Below, one piece after another: positions 10,213 to 20,475 of a stretch of DNA of 64,000 bases. Both the position numbers and the translations under genes were made by a program. This DNA is from a virus. Numbering within the stretch: position 1 is the stretch's first letter; every line of letters starts with the position of its first letter. The notes beneath the pieces were generated by a model. That model was not told the DNA's origin. It was given only the letters and a program-made list of their open reading frames with translations, and ran no database searches. The stretch is taken from the IMG/VR virus record IMGVR_UViG_3300029309_000010, positions 1-64,000 of that record; one strand, 5' to 3'.

Positions 10213-10442
10213 AAGTTTATGTCATCTTCTTTCTTATTCATCGCCAGCTCTATCAGCTTGCCTAATGCCATGTCAACACAAGGGTTTTCAGTCTTACTTG
10301 TCATACTCGGACACCCATCTTTATTTACATAGAATAACATAAATCCTTTGTTACCACCACTTGATGATCCAGATGAGTCGTATATTTTATCAAGCAAGGA
10401 TTGTGGCAATCCTCCTGATGAATCTTCTTGCTCTAATCGCAT
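10209..10442 (-). CDS. Hypothetical protein
   Basis: Overlaps both neighbours in the operon. Confidence 0.65.
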   Translation of the reverse strand: MRLEQEDSSGGLPQSLLDKIYDSSGSSSGGNKGFMLFYVNKDGCPSMTSKTENPCVDMALGKLIELAMNKKEDDINL

Positions 10443-10855
10443 GTTAAATTTTCAATAAGGTCTTTGGGGTATTTATCAGAATCAATTACATCTGATTCTA
10501 AAACTCTGATAAGCTTAATATTATTGATCTCACAAAAATACTCTTTTTTCTCATCTCTCTTGAGTTGCTCAAGAAAGTTTTGCCTAGAGTTGCTGTGAAA
10601 GAATTTATTAAACCTATAATGTTGATTTCCATCAACTTCTATAGCGACCTTAGTGGTAGCATTGTAGAAGTCAAGAGTCATTCTTGTCCCAGCAACAGGA
10701 AACTCTTCAAAGACAACATCAGCAAACCAATAAGGTTTTATTTGTTGTTTTACATCTTTTTGTATCCCGCTTTTGCAACCACCCTCCCAGTCAATCAAGT
10801 ATTTGCTGACGCTCTTTATTTTTCTCTCTCGACCATTAGCACACAGAAATGTCAT
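10433..10855 (-). CDS. DUF559/Vsr-like endonuclease
   Basis: LDFY...AIEVDGNQH, RDEKK..FC....IKLIRV. Confidence 0.8.
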   Translation of the reverse strand: MTFLCANGRERKIKSVSKYLIDWEGGCKSGIQKDVKQQIKPYWFADVVFEEFPVAGTRMTLDFYNATTKVAIEVDGNQHYRFNKFFHSNSRQNFLEQLKRDEKKEYFCEINNIKLIRVLESDVIDSDKYPKDLIENLTCD

Positions 10856-11975
10856 TACTTAAAATATTTTCTTTTACAAAATCAACGAGCATAGAGGTGA
10901 TTTTTTCATCTGATTCCAGAAGATCATAAACTGCATTAATTCCTTGATAAGAGTCTTTTATTTCTATGTTGTTATCTCGCAGGTAGCTTTTTACCTTGTC
11001 ATCAACTTTAATCCAAGCTCCAGATTTATCTAAATAACCCCACATCAAGAGCATGTCAACAACTTCTCTTTCTACCCAGATAGATCTGCCGTTTTTTCTA
11101 CCATGTTTTATTGGATAAAAAACAAGTCTACCTGTAGACTCATTTGTTGATTTTAGGATGGCGACTTTCGCATTATGACCATAGATCTTGTTATCAGCAT
11201 GGATTTGCTCTTTAGGCTTCTCTAGGATTTTGTCGCTTTTATTTTGTTTCTTAAACTCTATGATCCAGTCTGGATAATGTAAGATAGCATTACCACCACT
11301 ACTGTTTGTTTGGTTGTTTGGGTCTTGCTTGGCATACATACTCGTGGAAATAGTTGATCTTACTTGAGAGATCATGATGCACATGTGACCAAATTTACTC
11401 ATACCCAAACTAATCCTTCTCAGAAAGTCTGAGCACATCAAAGCTCCTCCTGCCACTTTTCTAGCATCAGAAGTTCCTTTTTCTAAATCTTCTTTTGTAA
11501 TCAAGCCATCCATGCTGTCAATTACAATACAGAACTTTTCTTTATCTGGATTATTTTTCACTAAGCCTCTCAAGAAATCTATCATGGTATCCATAATGTG
11601 ACACTCAAGAACCAAACATGTGCCTATAACCCAATCTTCTGCCGAATAGACAAATTTAATCCCTGCCCTATCTTTGATTTGTTTGCTTAGTCTGCCTTCA
11701 GCCATTACAAAAAGACCTTTGGAATTTTCTATTGTCTTGAGCATGTTATGCATAACATGCAGAGCTTCATTTGTTTTGCCTCCTTCATTAGCTCCAAGGA
11801 ATCTGTGTAACCCAGATCCAAAACCACCACCCAAAACGTGATCCAGAATCATGGACCCACTGGAGACTAGATATGGTTCTGCTGTCTCTTGTAAATTGTA
11901 GTGATAATCTTTGTTTGATTTAAGGAATGCTTCTGTATATTCTATTGAACCGCTTTTTTTCTTCATCTTATTCAT
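10836..11975 (-). CDS. RecA/UvsX-like recombinase
   Basis: SSGS..LD..LGGG, Walker A GANEGGKT, IVIDS, ISQVR, SGGNA, GAW. Confidence 0.9.
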   Translation of the reverse strand: MNKMKKKSGSIEYTEAFLKSNKDYHYNLQETAEPYLVSSGSMILDHVLGGGFGSGLHRFLGANEGGKTNEALHVMHNMLKTIENSKGLFVMAEGRLSKQIKDRAGIKFVYSAEDWVIGTCLVLECHIMDTMIDFLRGLVKNNPDKEKFCIVIDSMDGLITKEDLEKGTSDARKVAGGALMCSDFLRRISLGMSKFGHMCIMISQVRSTISTSMYAKQDPNNQTNSSGGNAILHYPDWIIEFKKQNKSDKILEKPKEQIHADNKIYGHNAKVAILKSTNESTGRLVFYPIKHGRKNGRSIWVEREVVDMLLMWGYLDKSGAWIKVDDKVKSYLRDNNIEIKDSYQGINAVYDLLESDEKITSMLVDFVKENILSNDISVC

Positions 11976-12462
11976 CTAAAAATTCTTTTAATGTTTTTAT
12001 ATTTTTACTCAATATATCTTCTCCAGATTTAACGCCTTTGTCAACAAATTTATCAGGACTAGGTGGTTTATAATAAAATTCTCTATATTTTTTTATTAAA
12101 TATTGTCTCCCATCTTGTGTTAAGAAATATCCAAGAGTCGGATATTTGAATTTAAATGGAGGCTTTACTTTAGATAAAAAATCTAAATCATTATTAAATT
12201 TTTCAAATATTTTTTTAACGATAGACATTTGGAAAGGAAAGTTTTCGGGATACCTGTTATCTATCATTCTGCCTAAAAAATCTTTTTTAGCATCTGCAAG
12301 CTGCCTTTTGCTGGTTACATCAATTTCGAAGAGTTCAGCAATCTTTTTTTGTTTAGAGCCATCTAGCTTTGAATTAGAAAATACAAAGCTACAAGAGCAA
12401 ATTTTTGTAGAAGCTCCAACCTTTTTTGAGCATTTTGGGCATTGTTTATAACCCCTTGGCAT
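11968..12462 (-). CDS. Hypothetical protein with N-terminal zinc ribbon
   Basis: CPKC...CSC; start moved to ATG 12462 by promoter geometry. Confidence 0.7.
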   Translation of the reverse strand: MPRGYKQCPKCSKKVGASTKICSCSFVFSNSKLDGSKQKKIAELFEIDVTSKRQLADAKKDFLGRMIDNRYPENFPFQMSIVKKIFEKFNNDLDFLSKVKPPFKFKYPTLGYFLTQDGRQYLIKKYREFYYKPPSPDKFVDKGVKSGEDILSKNIKTLKEFLDE

Positions 12463-12468
12463 ATACAG

Positions 12469-12496
12469 AATATACACCTATGACTCTATGTGTCAA
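12469..12496 (-). promoter_or_regulatory. Sigma70-type promoter, leaderless geometry
   Basis: TTGACA-16-TATATT-6 nt-ATG(12462). Confidence 0.65.
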
Positions 12497-13533
12497 CCCA
12501 ATATTTCGATGTCATTTCTGACCATTTTTTCTACAAGCTGAATAAAACTTGTCTTCGGGTGCCACCCCAAATACTCGCGAGCTTTAGTCGAATCTCCTAA
12601 CAGTAAATCAACTTCAGCTGGACGATAAAAATCTTTATTAATTTCTACAAAACAGTCTTTGCCATGAAAATACTTTTCCTCTAATCCTTCGCCCCTCCAT
12701 TCAGAAACACTTCGATGAAAGCCAGCAAAATTAAAAGCTTCAACCACAAACTCTCTAATTGTATGTGTTTCGTTAGAAGACAATACATAGTCTTTTGGAT
12801 TCTTCCTATCTTGATTTAGCATCAACCAAACACCTTTAACAAAATCCTCTGCATCGCTCCAATCTCTTTTAGCATCAACATTGCCGAGTTGTAGAGGCTT
12901 GATTGTCTTGCCTTGCTCAAAGTCTTTTAATATTCTAGCAACATTTTTTGTTATCTTTCTAGTAACAAACTCTTCTCCTCTTCTAACGCCTTCATGGTTG
13001 AAAAGCCAACCTTGAACAGCATACAAGTCATATGAATCCCTGTAAACTTTGACAAGATGTCTAGCAGCACACTTAGCTGCTCCATATGGGCTTCTAGGGC
13101 GCAGTGGGTGAGTTTCATCCTGTGGCGTAGATACCACATCACCAAACTCCTCAGATGAGCCAGCGTTGTAATATCGACAATGTGGAGCGTGTTTTCTAAT
13201 AGCCTCTAATTGATGCAAAACTGCCATAGCGTTTGTCTGCATATGGTTGACAGGCATCTCCCAACTACTGCCTACAAAAGAATTAGCAGCAAAGTTAATA
13301 AAATAATCAGGCTTCTCTTTGGCTATTACTCTATCTGTGTTCTCTGGGTCTGCTATATCCAAATCAATAAGATAAAATCTGTCATTGCCCTCTAAATGCT
13401 TAATGTTTTTATGATTCTTAACACTTAGTCTTCTAGCGCCGCCAATAATTGTATGATCTGTATACTTTAGAAGATAATCAACCATGTGACTGCCATCTTG
13501 CCCTGTAATGCCTGTAATAATTATCTTCTTCAT
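12493..13533 (-). CDS. gmd: GDP-mannose 4,6-dehydratase
   Basis: ITGITGQDG, SSEEFG, PRSPYGAAK, LFNHE, FVTRKIT, RDW, RPAEVDLLLGD. Confidence 0.95.
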   Translation of the reverse strand: MKKIIITGITGQDGSHMVDYLLKYTDHTIIGGARRLSVKNHKNIKHLEGNDRFYLIDLDIADPENTDRVIAKEKPDYFINFAANSFVGSSWEMPVNHMQTNAMAVLHQLEAIRKHAPHCRYYNAGSSEEFGDVVSTPQDETHPLRPRSPYGAAKCAARHLVKVYRDSYDLYAVQGWLFNHEGVRRGEEFVTRKITKNVARILKDFEQGKTIKPLQLGNVDAKRDWSDAEDFVKGVWLMLNQDRKNPKDYVLSSNETHTIREFVVEAFNFAGFHRSVSEWRGEGLEEKYFHGKDCFVEINKDFYRPAEVDLLLGDSTKAREYLGWHPKTSFIQLVEKMVRNDIEILG

Positions 13534-14228
13534 TATTGATATATAATATTTAGATTTTTAAAAGAATTAAGATATTGAGTTATTTCTTCTTTATTAGACT
13601 CATAATCATTATTTATGTTATGAAATTCAAGACAAAAATGTTCAACACGTTCGAAAAAATTAGAACTAGAATCTATTAACTTTCTAAAAATTGAAAATTC
13701 AGATCCCTCAATATCCATTTTCAAATATTTTATTTTATCATAACAAGACATTGCTGTTTCAAACTCAACGATTAAAGTATTAACTTTCATGTTATTTTCA
13801 GACTCCTCTTTAAAAAAAGAAGAACCGCCTGAATTAGAAAATTCAATATTAAAAGATTTAGTCTTGGTTTCTGAACCAATCCCAAATGAGTGTAGATTAA
13901 TATTTGTAGATAAATTGTCTACTATTGAAAAATTCAATAATTTTAATAGTAGTTTATTACATTCATAACTATTAACTTGTATAAATGGAAATTTTTTAGA
14001 TACATAGAATGATAACAAACCAGTGTTTGCGCCTAAATCAATAAAAACATCTCCTTTATCAAATTTTATATCTTCAAAACCATATTCATTTTTTAAGATA
14101 GTGATTTCTGTTCCGAATGAGCTATTACTATTATAAAAATCATATATTTTTAAATCTATGTCATTTATATTTAAATTTCTTTGAACTATAGGATATTCTG
14201 TCCCTTCAATATCTATTTTATAAAACAT
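13533..14228 (-). CDS. FkbM-family SAM-dependent methyltransferase
   Basis: FIDLGANTG, YE, LKMDIEGSE, LEFH. Confidence 0.9.
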   Translation of the reverse strand: MFYKIDIEGTEYPIVQRNLNINDIDLKIYDFYNSNSSFGTEITILKNEYGFEDIKFDKGDVFIDLGANTGLLSFYVSKKFPFIQVNSYECNKLLLKLLNFSIVDNLSTNINLHSFGIGSETKTKSFNIEFSNSGGSSFFKEESENNMKVNTLIVEFETAMSCYDKIKYLKMDIEGSEFSIFRKLIDSSSNFFERVEHFCLEFHNINNDYESNKEEITQYLNSFKNLNIIYQ

Positions 14229-14236
14229 AGTTGTGG

Positions 14237-14998
14237 TTATATTTTTTTAACCTCTGGTTTTTCCAAATTAAATTTTGTGTAATGGTCGTCATCAAAAATT
14301 AATTTATCATTTTCATGATCCCATTTATATGAACAAATTCCATTGTATCTTTTTAGTTGATACTTAACCTTAGCTTTTAAGAATTCTTTATCCCCAACCC
14401 AAGAAAAATGATCTGGAAAACATTTATCTTTAGGTATTTCACAAATTTTTAGATTTTTGTAATCTACAATTTTGTTGTTTATATTGTATGCTACATCGTT
14501 TTCATAATAAAAATAACTCAAGGTTTTTTTACCTTCGTAGTTAACAGAGAAAATTCTAGGGGCTATAAAATTTTCAATATATTCTTTTTCTGAAAATACA
14601 AAGTTTTTAAAATTTATTTTATACGTTGCAAAATCTTGATTGTTACTTACGAACTCAATAACATTTTTAATTTGATCTTCTGTATAAAATTCATCTTGGT
14701 CTAACATCCAAATATAATCTAAATCATGAGAGAGTAAATGTTGCAGTGGGACGTTTCTAGAAAAAGAATCATCGCCATCAGATCCTATGCAAATGTAATT
14801 AACAAATCCCCTGTAATCTTCTAGCAATTGTTTGGGTGTTTCAATATCATCATAATCCCAACCACATTTAACATAATCGGAATATTTATAGCTAGAAACT
14901 GCCACTTGTTTTACTTCAGGTATATTAACCCAAGGCCGTAAGGCTTTGTGCGTATATTGAGGAAATCCATAAAAATTACATAATAATCCTATCTTCAT
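14237..14998 (-). CDS. Putative GT-A (GT2-like) glycosyltransferase
   Basis: SRN..L...DYIWMLDQDEF (DxD), PRIF, HFSW. Confidence 0.75.
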   Translation of the reverse strand: MKIGLLCNFYGFPQYTHKALRPWVNIPEVKQVAVSSYKYSDYVKCGWDYDDIETPKQLLEDYRGFVNYICIGSDGDDSFSRNVPLQHLLSHDLDYIWMLDQDEFYTEDQIKNVIEFVSNNQDFATYKINFKNFVFSEKEYIENFIAPRIFSVNYEGKKTLSYFYYENDVAYNINNKIVDYKNLKICEIPKDKCFPDHFSWVGDKEFLKAKVKYQLKRYNGICSYKWDHENDKLIFDDDHYTKFNLEKPEVKKI

Positions 14999-15789
14999 AA
15001 TTTATTCCAAAGTTGTAAGTTGTGTTTCTGTCTTTCTCTACTTTTTAACTCTTCTTCGTCTAAAGAATGATTATTAGAATCGCCACCAGTTGCCTTTTCC
15101 CAAAAATCTTTCCAGAATTCATTTCTTGTTACCCTCTCTTCTAGATCAACATATCCTAAATGGTAAACAAAAGGATTTTTGTTAGAGCAATATTCTAAAG
15201 CGCCCTCTGTATTTGCTATATCACATAAAGGATAAGTTTGTAAAAGATTGCCTTTGTGATCTATTAATTCATCTGTGCTTGTTTTATGATAATCTGGCCT
15301 ACCATTTTCTTTTATTCCAAAATTAACTGGACCTCTATTTAGTCCTTTTTTATGTATATACCATTTTGCACCGAAATCTATGAAATGTTCATAATCACCA
15401 TACAGATTTATTACAGGAACAAAGAAAGATGCAAATTCATGATTATCTAATAATTGTCTACCTAAACTTTTTATTAATTCTTTTTCACCACCGAGTCTTT
15501 CATCTAGATTTTGCTGGATCATTAAATCACCAGAGCAAATTTGAAGAGCACAGTTTTCTGTTTTGCCATAACAAAATGGATCACTATAAGGAATGTCAAC
15601 GGGTATCACCTTTAAGTTATACCCTTTTTTCAGGCCATATTTTCTTATGACATTTTCTGTGTCATCTAAACTTTTATTAACAGCTATGCAAACTTCATCA
15701 GCATAATAAAACCAATTATCTAATGCATCCTCATGATTAAAGCCCTTGCCTATAATATTGAATGCAGTTGAGTAAATACTAATTTTCAT
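14995..15789 (-). CDS. Putative GT2-like glycosyltransferase
   Basis: MKISIY, ADEVCI, S.DDT, NLDE, YHLGY. Confidence 0.75.
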   Translation of the reverse strand: MKISIYSTAFNIIGKGFNHEDALDNWFYYADEVCIAVNKSLDDTENVIRKYGLKKGYNLKVIPVDIPYSDPFCYGKTENCALQICSGDLMIQQNLDERLGGEKELIKSLGRQLLDNHEFASFFVPVINLYGDYEHFIDFGAKWYIHKKGLNRGPVNFGIKENGRPDYHKTSTDELIDHKGNLLQTYPLCDIANTEGALEYCSNKNPFVYHLGYVDLEERVTRNEFWKDFWEKATGGDSNNHSLDEEELKSRERQKHNLQLWNKL

Positions 15790-16628
15790 TAAAATTTAAT
15801 TTTTTTCATGTGTTTAAAATCGTGACTATTAACTATTCCCACTTTTTGTTTTAAAATTTTGTATCTATACCAATCGTTTAAAAATTTTTCAAAATTTAAG
15901 CACTCTCTTAATATAGGAGTTAATTTATTTCTAAAACATTCCTCCATTGATTTTATGTCATAGGCATAAAATCCAAGTCTATTAACCTCATTTATTAACT
16001 TTTGTCTGAACTCATACCTTTTATTGATAAGGTCTGGTTTGTCTTCAACGCAAAGAACCAAGTGATTACTATTTGGAAATAAATAATATTTCATATTATG
16101 CTCGATAAAATAGTATGGGTCTTTTCTTTTTTGATCTCTAACATTTGATTGATAAGTTTCATCCCAGAATGTTTGTTTACTAAGCTCTATTGTTTTAGAA
16201 CAGCCCGTTATTCCTTCATGTGGATTGTTTATAAAAGATGTATTTTCTTTTAATTTAAATAGTAATCTTTTATTGTGTAAAAAAACTCCATCAATATCTA
16301 AATCATTCAAATCAGCACAAAGTTTTTTTAAAAATTTAGTAAACTTTGGAGACAATCTTTCCAGTGTATCTATTGTTAGAAACCAGTCCCCAAATCTCAT
16401 GGGACCTTGATATAAACTATGATTTCTACTAAAATCTAATCTACTACACCATTTAGTATAAATTATTTCACCATCACCCTTTACTGACTCTAAGTAATCT
16501 GATCCTTCGTCCTTCGGATAATGAAATGTCCAAACTAATCCATCAAAATCGTTTTTAATGGGTTCGATTAATTCTTTAAGGTCTTGTTCATGACCTTTTG
16601 TAGTGACTCCTGTAAGCCAGAGTTTCAT
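15789..16628 (-). CDS. Putative GT-A-like glycosyltransferase
   Basis: DFSRN, DWFLTIDTLE, PHE motifs typical of GT2-like proteins; cluster context. Confidence 0.6.
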   Translation of the reverse strand: MKLWLTGVTTKGHEQDLKELIEPIKNDFDGLVWTFHYPKDEGSDYLESVKGDGEIIYTKWCSRLDFSRNHSLYQGPMRFGDWFLTIDTLERLSPKFTKFLKKLCADLNDLDIDGVFLHNKRLLFKLKENTSFINNPHEGITGCSKTIELSKQTFWDETYQSNVRDQKRKDPYYFIEHNMKYYLFPNSNHLVLCVEDKPDLINKRYEFRQKLINEVNRLGFYAYDIKSMEECFRNKLTPILRECLNFEKFLNDWYRYKILKQKVGIVNSHDFKHMKKIKF

Positions 16629-17362
16629 CCTATTGTTTTAGAATATGCTTTGTTTGTATTAAAAAAAGAAAAAGGGGTATCTGAATTTGTTAATTTTTTT
16701 AAGATAAATCCAGAAACTATTTCACAATGAACTTCGCCAAGTTTATCTAAATGATCTTGTGCTTGTTTCCAAGCTATAAATATTTCATTTGTCCTGCTAA
16801 TGTTAGGCTGGAAGGTAAAAGTAGGACCATACTGAGAGTAAATAATAGACTGTGTGAATATATTTTCATTTTCTATTAAAAATTCTCCATCAGGATCTTT
16901 AAATTCTTCAGCTCTATTAAATCTTACGCAAAGCTGATCTGGATTATTATCTAAAAAATCAATAGATTTTTTTAGTGCGTCCTCTAGTGAGATAGAAGAT
17001 AATTGTAATAATTCATCGTCTTCTAGCCAAAAAGAATATTTTTGTTTTCTAATATCTAAGTCTGAATATGCTTTATATATATCTTTGAAATATCCAGCAG
17101 AATGAGTGAGGTGATCTTCTGAGTGATGAACTATATTTTCCTTTGTCTCCATAACCCTTATATCTAGATGAGAGCAAAAAGATTTTATTTCATCTGCTAT
17201 GTTCTCTTCTCCATCTCTTGATTTTAGGTGAAGAAGTTTGTTAGAAAAAATTGACAGGTCTATCTTATTTTGAAGATTATTAAGACAGTCCTGATAAGTA
17301 TGTCTGCCACCATGCCCCATAGTGGTGCAAAATACTATTAGATTTAAGGGGAGTGTAGACAT
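16625..17362 (-). CDS. Putative GT-A-like glycosyltransferase
   Basis: KYSFWLEDDE, FTFQP; cluster context. Confidence 0.55.
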   Translation of the reverse strand: MSTLPLNLIVFCTTMGHGGRHTYQDCLNNLQNKIDLSIFSNKLLHLKSRDGEENIADEIKSFCSHLDIRVMETKENIVHHSEDHLTHSAGYFKDIYKAYSDLDIRKQKYSFWLEDDELLQLSSISLEDALKKSIDFLDNNPDQLCVRFNRAEEFKDPDGEFLIENENIFTQSIIYSQYGPTFTFQPNISRTNEIFIAWKQAQDHLDKLGEVHCEIVSGFILKKLTNSDTPFSFFNTNKAYSKTIG

Positions 17363-17365
17363 AGA

Positions 17366-17396
17366 AACCTCTGGGTCTAGGGGCGACCCAGAGGTT
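17366..17396 (-). promoter_or_regulatory. 12-bp hairpin in the leader of the glycan operon
   Basis: AACCTCTGGGTC/GACCCAGAGGTT, ending 3 nt before ATG 17362. Confidence 0.6.
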
Positions 17397-17434
17397 CACT
17401 ATGACCTCAAGGAAATAAATCCTCGACCAACCGT

Positions 17435-17463
17435 ATTGTAAGATAGAGACCTTATTATGTCAA
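17435..17463 (-). promoter_or_regulatory. Near-consensus sigma70 promoter for the glycan operon
   Basis: TTGACA-17-TACAAT. Confidence 0.7.
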
Positions 17464-17577
17464 CTATTCTTCAATAATCTCTTCACTAATTTTGCCTAAT
17501 ATGTAGGCTAGGGTTTCATCAGTGTTTGTGTCAGGAGTTATTAGATCCTCTTCTATTATCGTGTCTAGGTCAGTCAT
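17464..17577 (-). CDS. Small acidic protein (37 aa, not in ORF track)
   Basis: MTDLDTIIEEDLITPDTNTDETLAYILGKISEEIIEE; GTGTAG motif just upstream (17589-17594). Confidence 0.5.
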   Translation of the reverse strand: MTDLDTIIEEDLITPDTNTDETLAYILGKISEEIIEE

Positions 17578-17614
17578 AGTATGACTTTCTACACACAAAT
17601 TTTAAAAAAGGGAA

Positions 17615-19261
17615 TTAACCCTCACAAGAAGAGCAATTTAAAATGGATCTAGCTAGCTCTTGACTAGGATTAGCACTTCTTTGATAATAAAAACTCTTGA
17701 TGCCTTGTTCCCATCCAAATATAAGTAACTCACTAACTTGTTTTGCTGGACACTTAGGTGAAATCATTACGTTTAGGCTCTGACCCTGATCAATATATTT
17801 TTGCCTTTGAGCAGCTTGTATCACAATTTCTTTTTGAGATATCTCGCCAAAAGTCTTAAATACATCTTTCTCTTGATCAGAAAGAAAATCTAGATGTTGA
17901 ACAGATCCACCCTTAACTAATATAGATTTCCAAGTAGTGGCATTGTTTTTACCCTTATCTTCCAGAAGATTCTCTAGATAAGGATTTTTATATGTAAATT
18001 TACCCTTAGCTAGATCTTTAGTAAAGTAATTACTATTTAACGGTTCAATAGAAGGAGAAACTTGACCCAAAATAAAAGAGCTAGAGGTAGTGGGAGCTAT
18101 AGCCATTGTAGTCATGTTCCTCCTGCCATATCCTCTAAGATACTCTGGCTCGCCAAACTCTTCTGCTAGTTTATGTGTGGCTCTATCACATCTCTCTCTA
18201 ATGATATTGTGAACTTCTGCATTAAGAAACTGAGCTTCTAATCCTTCAAATGGAATCATTTTGGATTGTAAGAGTGAGTGCCAGCCAAGAACGCCAACTC
18301 CGATAGCTCTTTGTCTTTTAGCAAAATTATGGCAAGACTTCATGAACGGTATGTTTTCTGTCTTGTAGATATACTCTTCCATAACAGCATCTAAGAACTG
18401 AACTAAAGTCTCAACGGCATCAGTTTCTTTTATTTCATCCCATCTAAGCAAATTAAGGGAAGAAAGACAGCAGACAAAGGACTCATCCTCTGAAGAGTGC
18501 AATGATATTTCACTGCAAAGATTAGAGGCATGGATTTTGAGTCCCTTGTCTTTATATGCCTGTGGAGCATTGTTGTTGGCGTTGTCTGTAAAAAATATAT
18601 ACGGGTATCCTGTTTCAAATCTCTTTTTTATGATGTTGGCCCAAACTTTACGCTTGTCTTTATCTCCATCGACCATCGACTGCATCCATTTGTCATCAAT
18701 GCAAACAGCAAATGACATTTGTTGAATTGGATTGCCTTCACTCCTAATCATTAGGAACTCATCAATATCAGGATGATCGACAGGGAGATATGCGGCAAAA
18801 GATCCTCTCCTTACATGGCCTTGAGATACTATAGATGCAACTTTATCAAAAAGCTCCATAAAGTAAACAGCCCCAGCAGAAGTCCCGCCAACACTGATAG
18901 ACTTTCCTCTAGCTCTAAGATCACCAAAATAACCAGAGGTTCCAGAACCGTGCTTGGTCTGCATACCAACTTCAGCCTGTTTCCTTAGAATAGAGTCCAT
19001 CTTGTCATTGATGAAAACCCCATTGCAGGATATTGGAAGACCTCTATCTCTTCCAAAATTAGACCAAACAGGACTAGCTAGGGAGTAGAACCCACGCTTC
19101 ATGTAGTCCTCAAATTTATCTGCAAAGCCTCCCTGTCTGAGATATTTCTCAGCAGCCTCTGCTATGCTCCTAATCCTCTTTTTAGCTGTTTCTCCTTTTC
19201 TAAGGTATCCTCTTTCAAGAAATTGTTTTGAATCGTCGTTTAGCCAATAATAGTCTTTCAT
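17615..19261 (-). CDS. nrdA: Class I ribonucleotide reductase alpha subunit (short, no ATP cone)
   Basis: PISC, RRG, SNLCSEI, CCLSS, APTTSSS, DQGQS, YYQR, C-terminal CSSCEG. Confidence 0.95.
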   Translation of the reverse strand: MKDYYWLNDDSKQFLERGYLRKGETAKKRIRSIAEAAEKYLRQGGFADKFEDYMKRGFYSLASPVWSNFGRDRGLPISCNGVFINDKMDSILRKQAEVGMQTKHGSGTSGYFGDLRARGKSISVGGTSAGAVYFMELFDKVASIVSQGHVRRGSFAAYLPVDHPDIDEFLMIRSEGNPIQQMSFAVCIDDKWMQSMVDGDKDKRKVWANIIKKRFETGYPYIFFTDNANNNAPQAYKDKGLKIHASNLCSEISLHSSEDESFVCCLSSLNLLRWDEIKETDAVETLVQFLDAVMEEYIYKTENIPFMKSCHNFAKRQRAIGVGVLGWHSLLQSKMIPFEGLEAQFLNAEVHNIIRERCDRATHKLAEEFGEPEYLRGYGRRNMTTMAIAPTTSSSFILGQVSPSIEPLNSNYFTKDLAKGKFTYKNPYLENLLEDKGKNNATTWKSILVKGGSVQHLDFLSDQEKDVFKTFGEISQKEIVIQAAQRQKYIDQGQSLNVMISPKCPAKQVSELLIFGWEQGIKSFYYQRSANPSQELARSILNCSSCEG

Positions 19262-20232
19262 TAGAATAGATCGTCTGCGTCAAATGTTTGCGAGTTTTTC
19301 GCGTATTCTACGGGTCGAGTATGGAAAAAGTCTGTAGCGTTATTGCCAAGCAATTCTTCCTCAAACCAGATTGTATTGACCAAGATTTTTTTGTCAACAT
19401 CAAATGCTGGTCTAAATCCAATTTGTTCTAATGACTCATTGATTCTGTTCTTGATAAATTCTTTTAAAATAGGCGCACTTATGCCTTTTTCATTATATCC
19501 GTTAACCATCCAATCAACAATTTGAGACTCTGCTTTAAATGCAGCATGAGACTCCTTGATTATCCTCTCCTCTAACTCCTCGTTAAAAAGCTCTGGATGC
19601 TCATTTCTGATAGTATTGATAATCTTAATGCCAGCCAAAGCATGAATATTTTCCTCGTTCCTAGTATATTTAACCTGCTGACCAGTATCTTTTAGCACGT
19701 TTCTATATCGATTGAACCAGTTGATTACATAAAATTGGCTAAATAGAGAGACATTCTCCACAAAAAGAGTAAATAAAATCAGAGAGTAAACATACTGCTG
19801 CTTTGAGTCCTTGTAGAATTTATGGTTATATTTTCTTAAATAGTTAACCCTGCCTTCAATAAAGTCTAGCTTAAGGTTCTGCTCAAATACATCCTCCAAG
19901 CCTAAAACCTTGAGGAGTCTCTCATAAGCGTTATTGTGAATAACCTCAACATTAGCCATAACAAACCCAAGGTCTGAAAGGCTGGGATGAGGCAAATTAT
20001 CTCCCAATTTACTCCAGAACTTCTTAACAGCGACCTCAATCTGCCCTATTGCAGATAACGTCCTGATAATCATTTCCCTCTCCGTGTCATTCAGCTCAAC
20101 AGCGAAATCTTGAACATCGCTGGTAAAGCTAAACTCCTTATCTGTCCAAAACCCATTATGCATAGCCTCAATAAACTCCTGCGCCCAAGGGTAGTGGTCA
20201 GGCTTCCTAGATACTTGTTCTTCAAAAATCAT
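19261..20232 (-). CDS. nrdB: Class I ribonucleotide reductase beta subunit
   Basis: FW, EVIH..AY, VENVSLF, EENIH, DFF..RPVEY. Confidence 0.95.
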   Translation of the reverse strand: MIFEEQVSRKPDHYPWAQEFIEAMHNGFWTDKEFSFTSDVQDFAVELNDTEREMIIRTLSAIGQIEVAVKKFWSKLGDNLPHPSLSDLGFVMANVEVIHNNAYERLLKVLGLEDVFEQNLKLDFIEGRVNYLRKYNHKFYKDSKQQYVYSLILFTLFVENVSLFSQFYVINWFNRYRNVLKDTGQQVKYTRNEENIHALAGIKIINTIRNEHPELFNEELEERIIKESHAAFKAESQIVDWMVNGYNEKGISAPILKEFIKNRINESLEQIGFRPAFDVDKKILVNTIWFEEELLGNNATDFFHTRPVEYAKNSQTFDADDLF

Positions 20233-20241
20233 TTCGTAAAG

Positions 20242-20276
20242 TTACACATGTTAGATCGCCCAAAGAACTAAGTCAA
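20242..20276 (-). promoter_or_regulatory. nrdB promoter(s)
   Basis: TTGACT-17-TAACAT, immediately followed by a GTGTAA motif. Confidence 0.55.
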
Positions 20277-20321
20277 TGTCTTTTTAAGAAAAAATCGTCG
20301 AAGACGTTAAATTAATATGAA

Positions 20322-20382
20322 CGTATCCTTTACGTATGGAATATTTATTTAACTCGTATCCAATACGTTCGTATCCCATACG
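20322..20382. repeat. Three 13-bp pseudo-palindromes CGTATCCnnTACG
   Basis: 20322-20334, 20355-20367, 20370-20382, in the divergent intergenic region. Confidence 0.7.
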
Positions 20383-20475
20383 TTCTAAAGAGTAGGGTAA
20401 ATTCTTCTTTTTAGGTGTCAAGAAAAAAATTTCACTTGATATTTTCATATTTAATTGTATATTAATAAAACCTAG

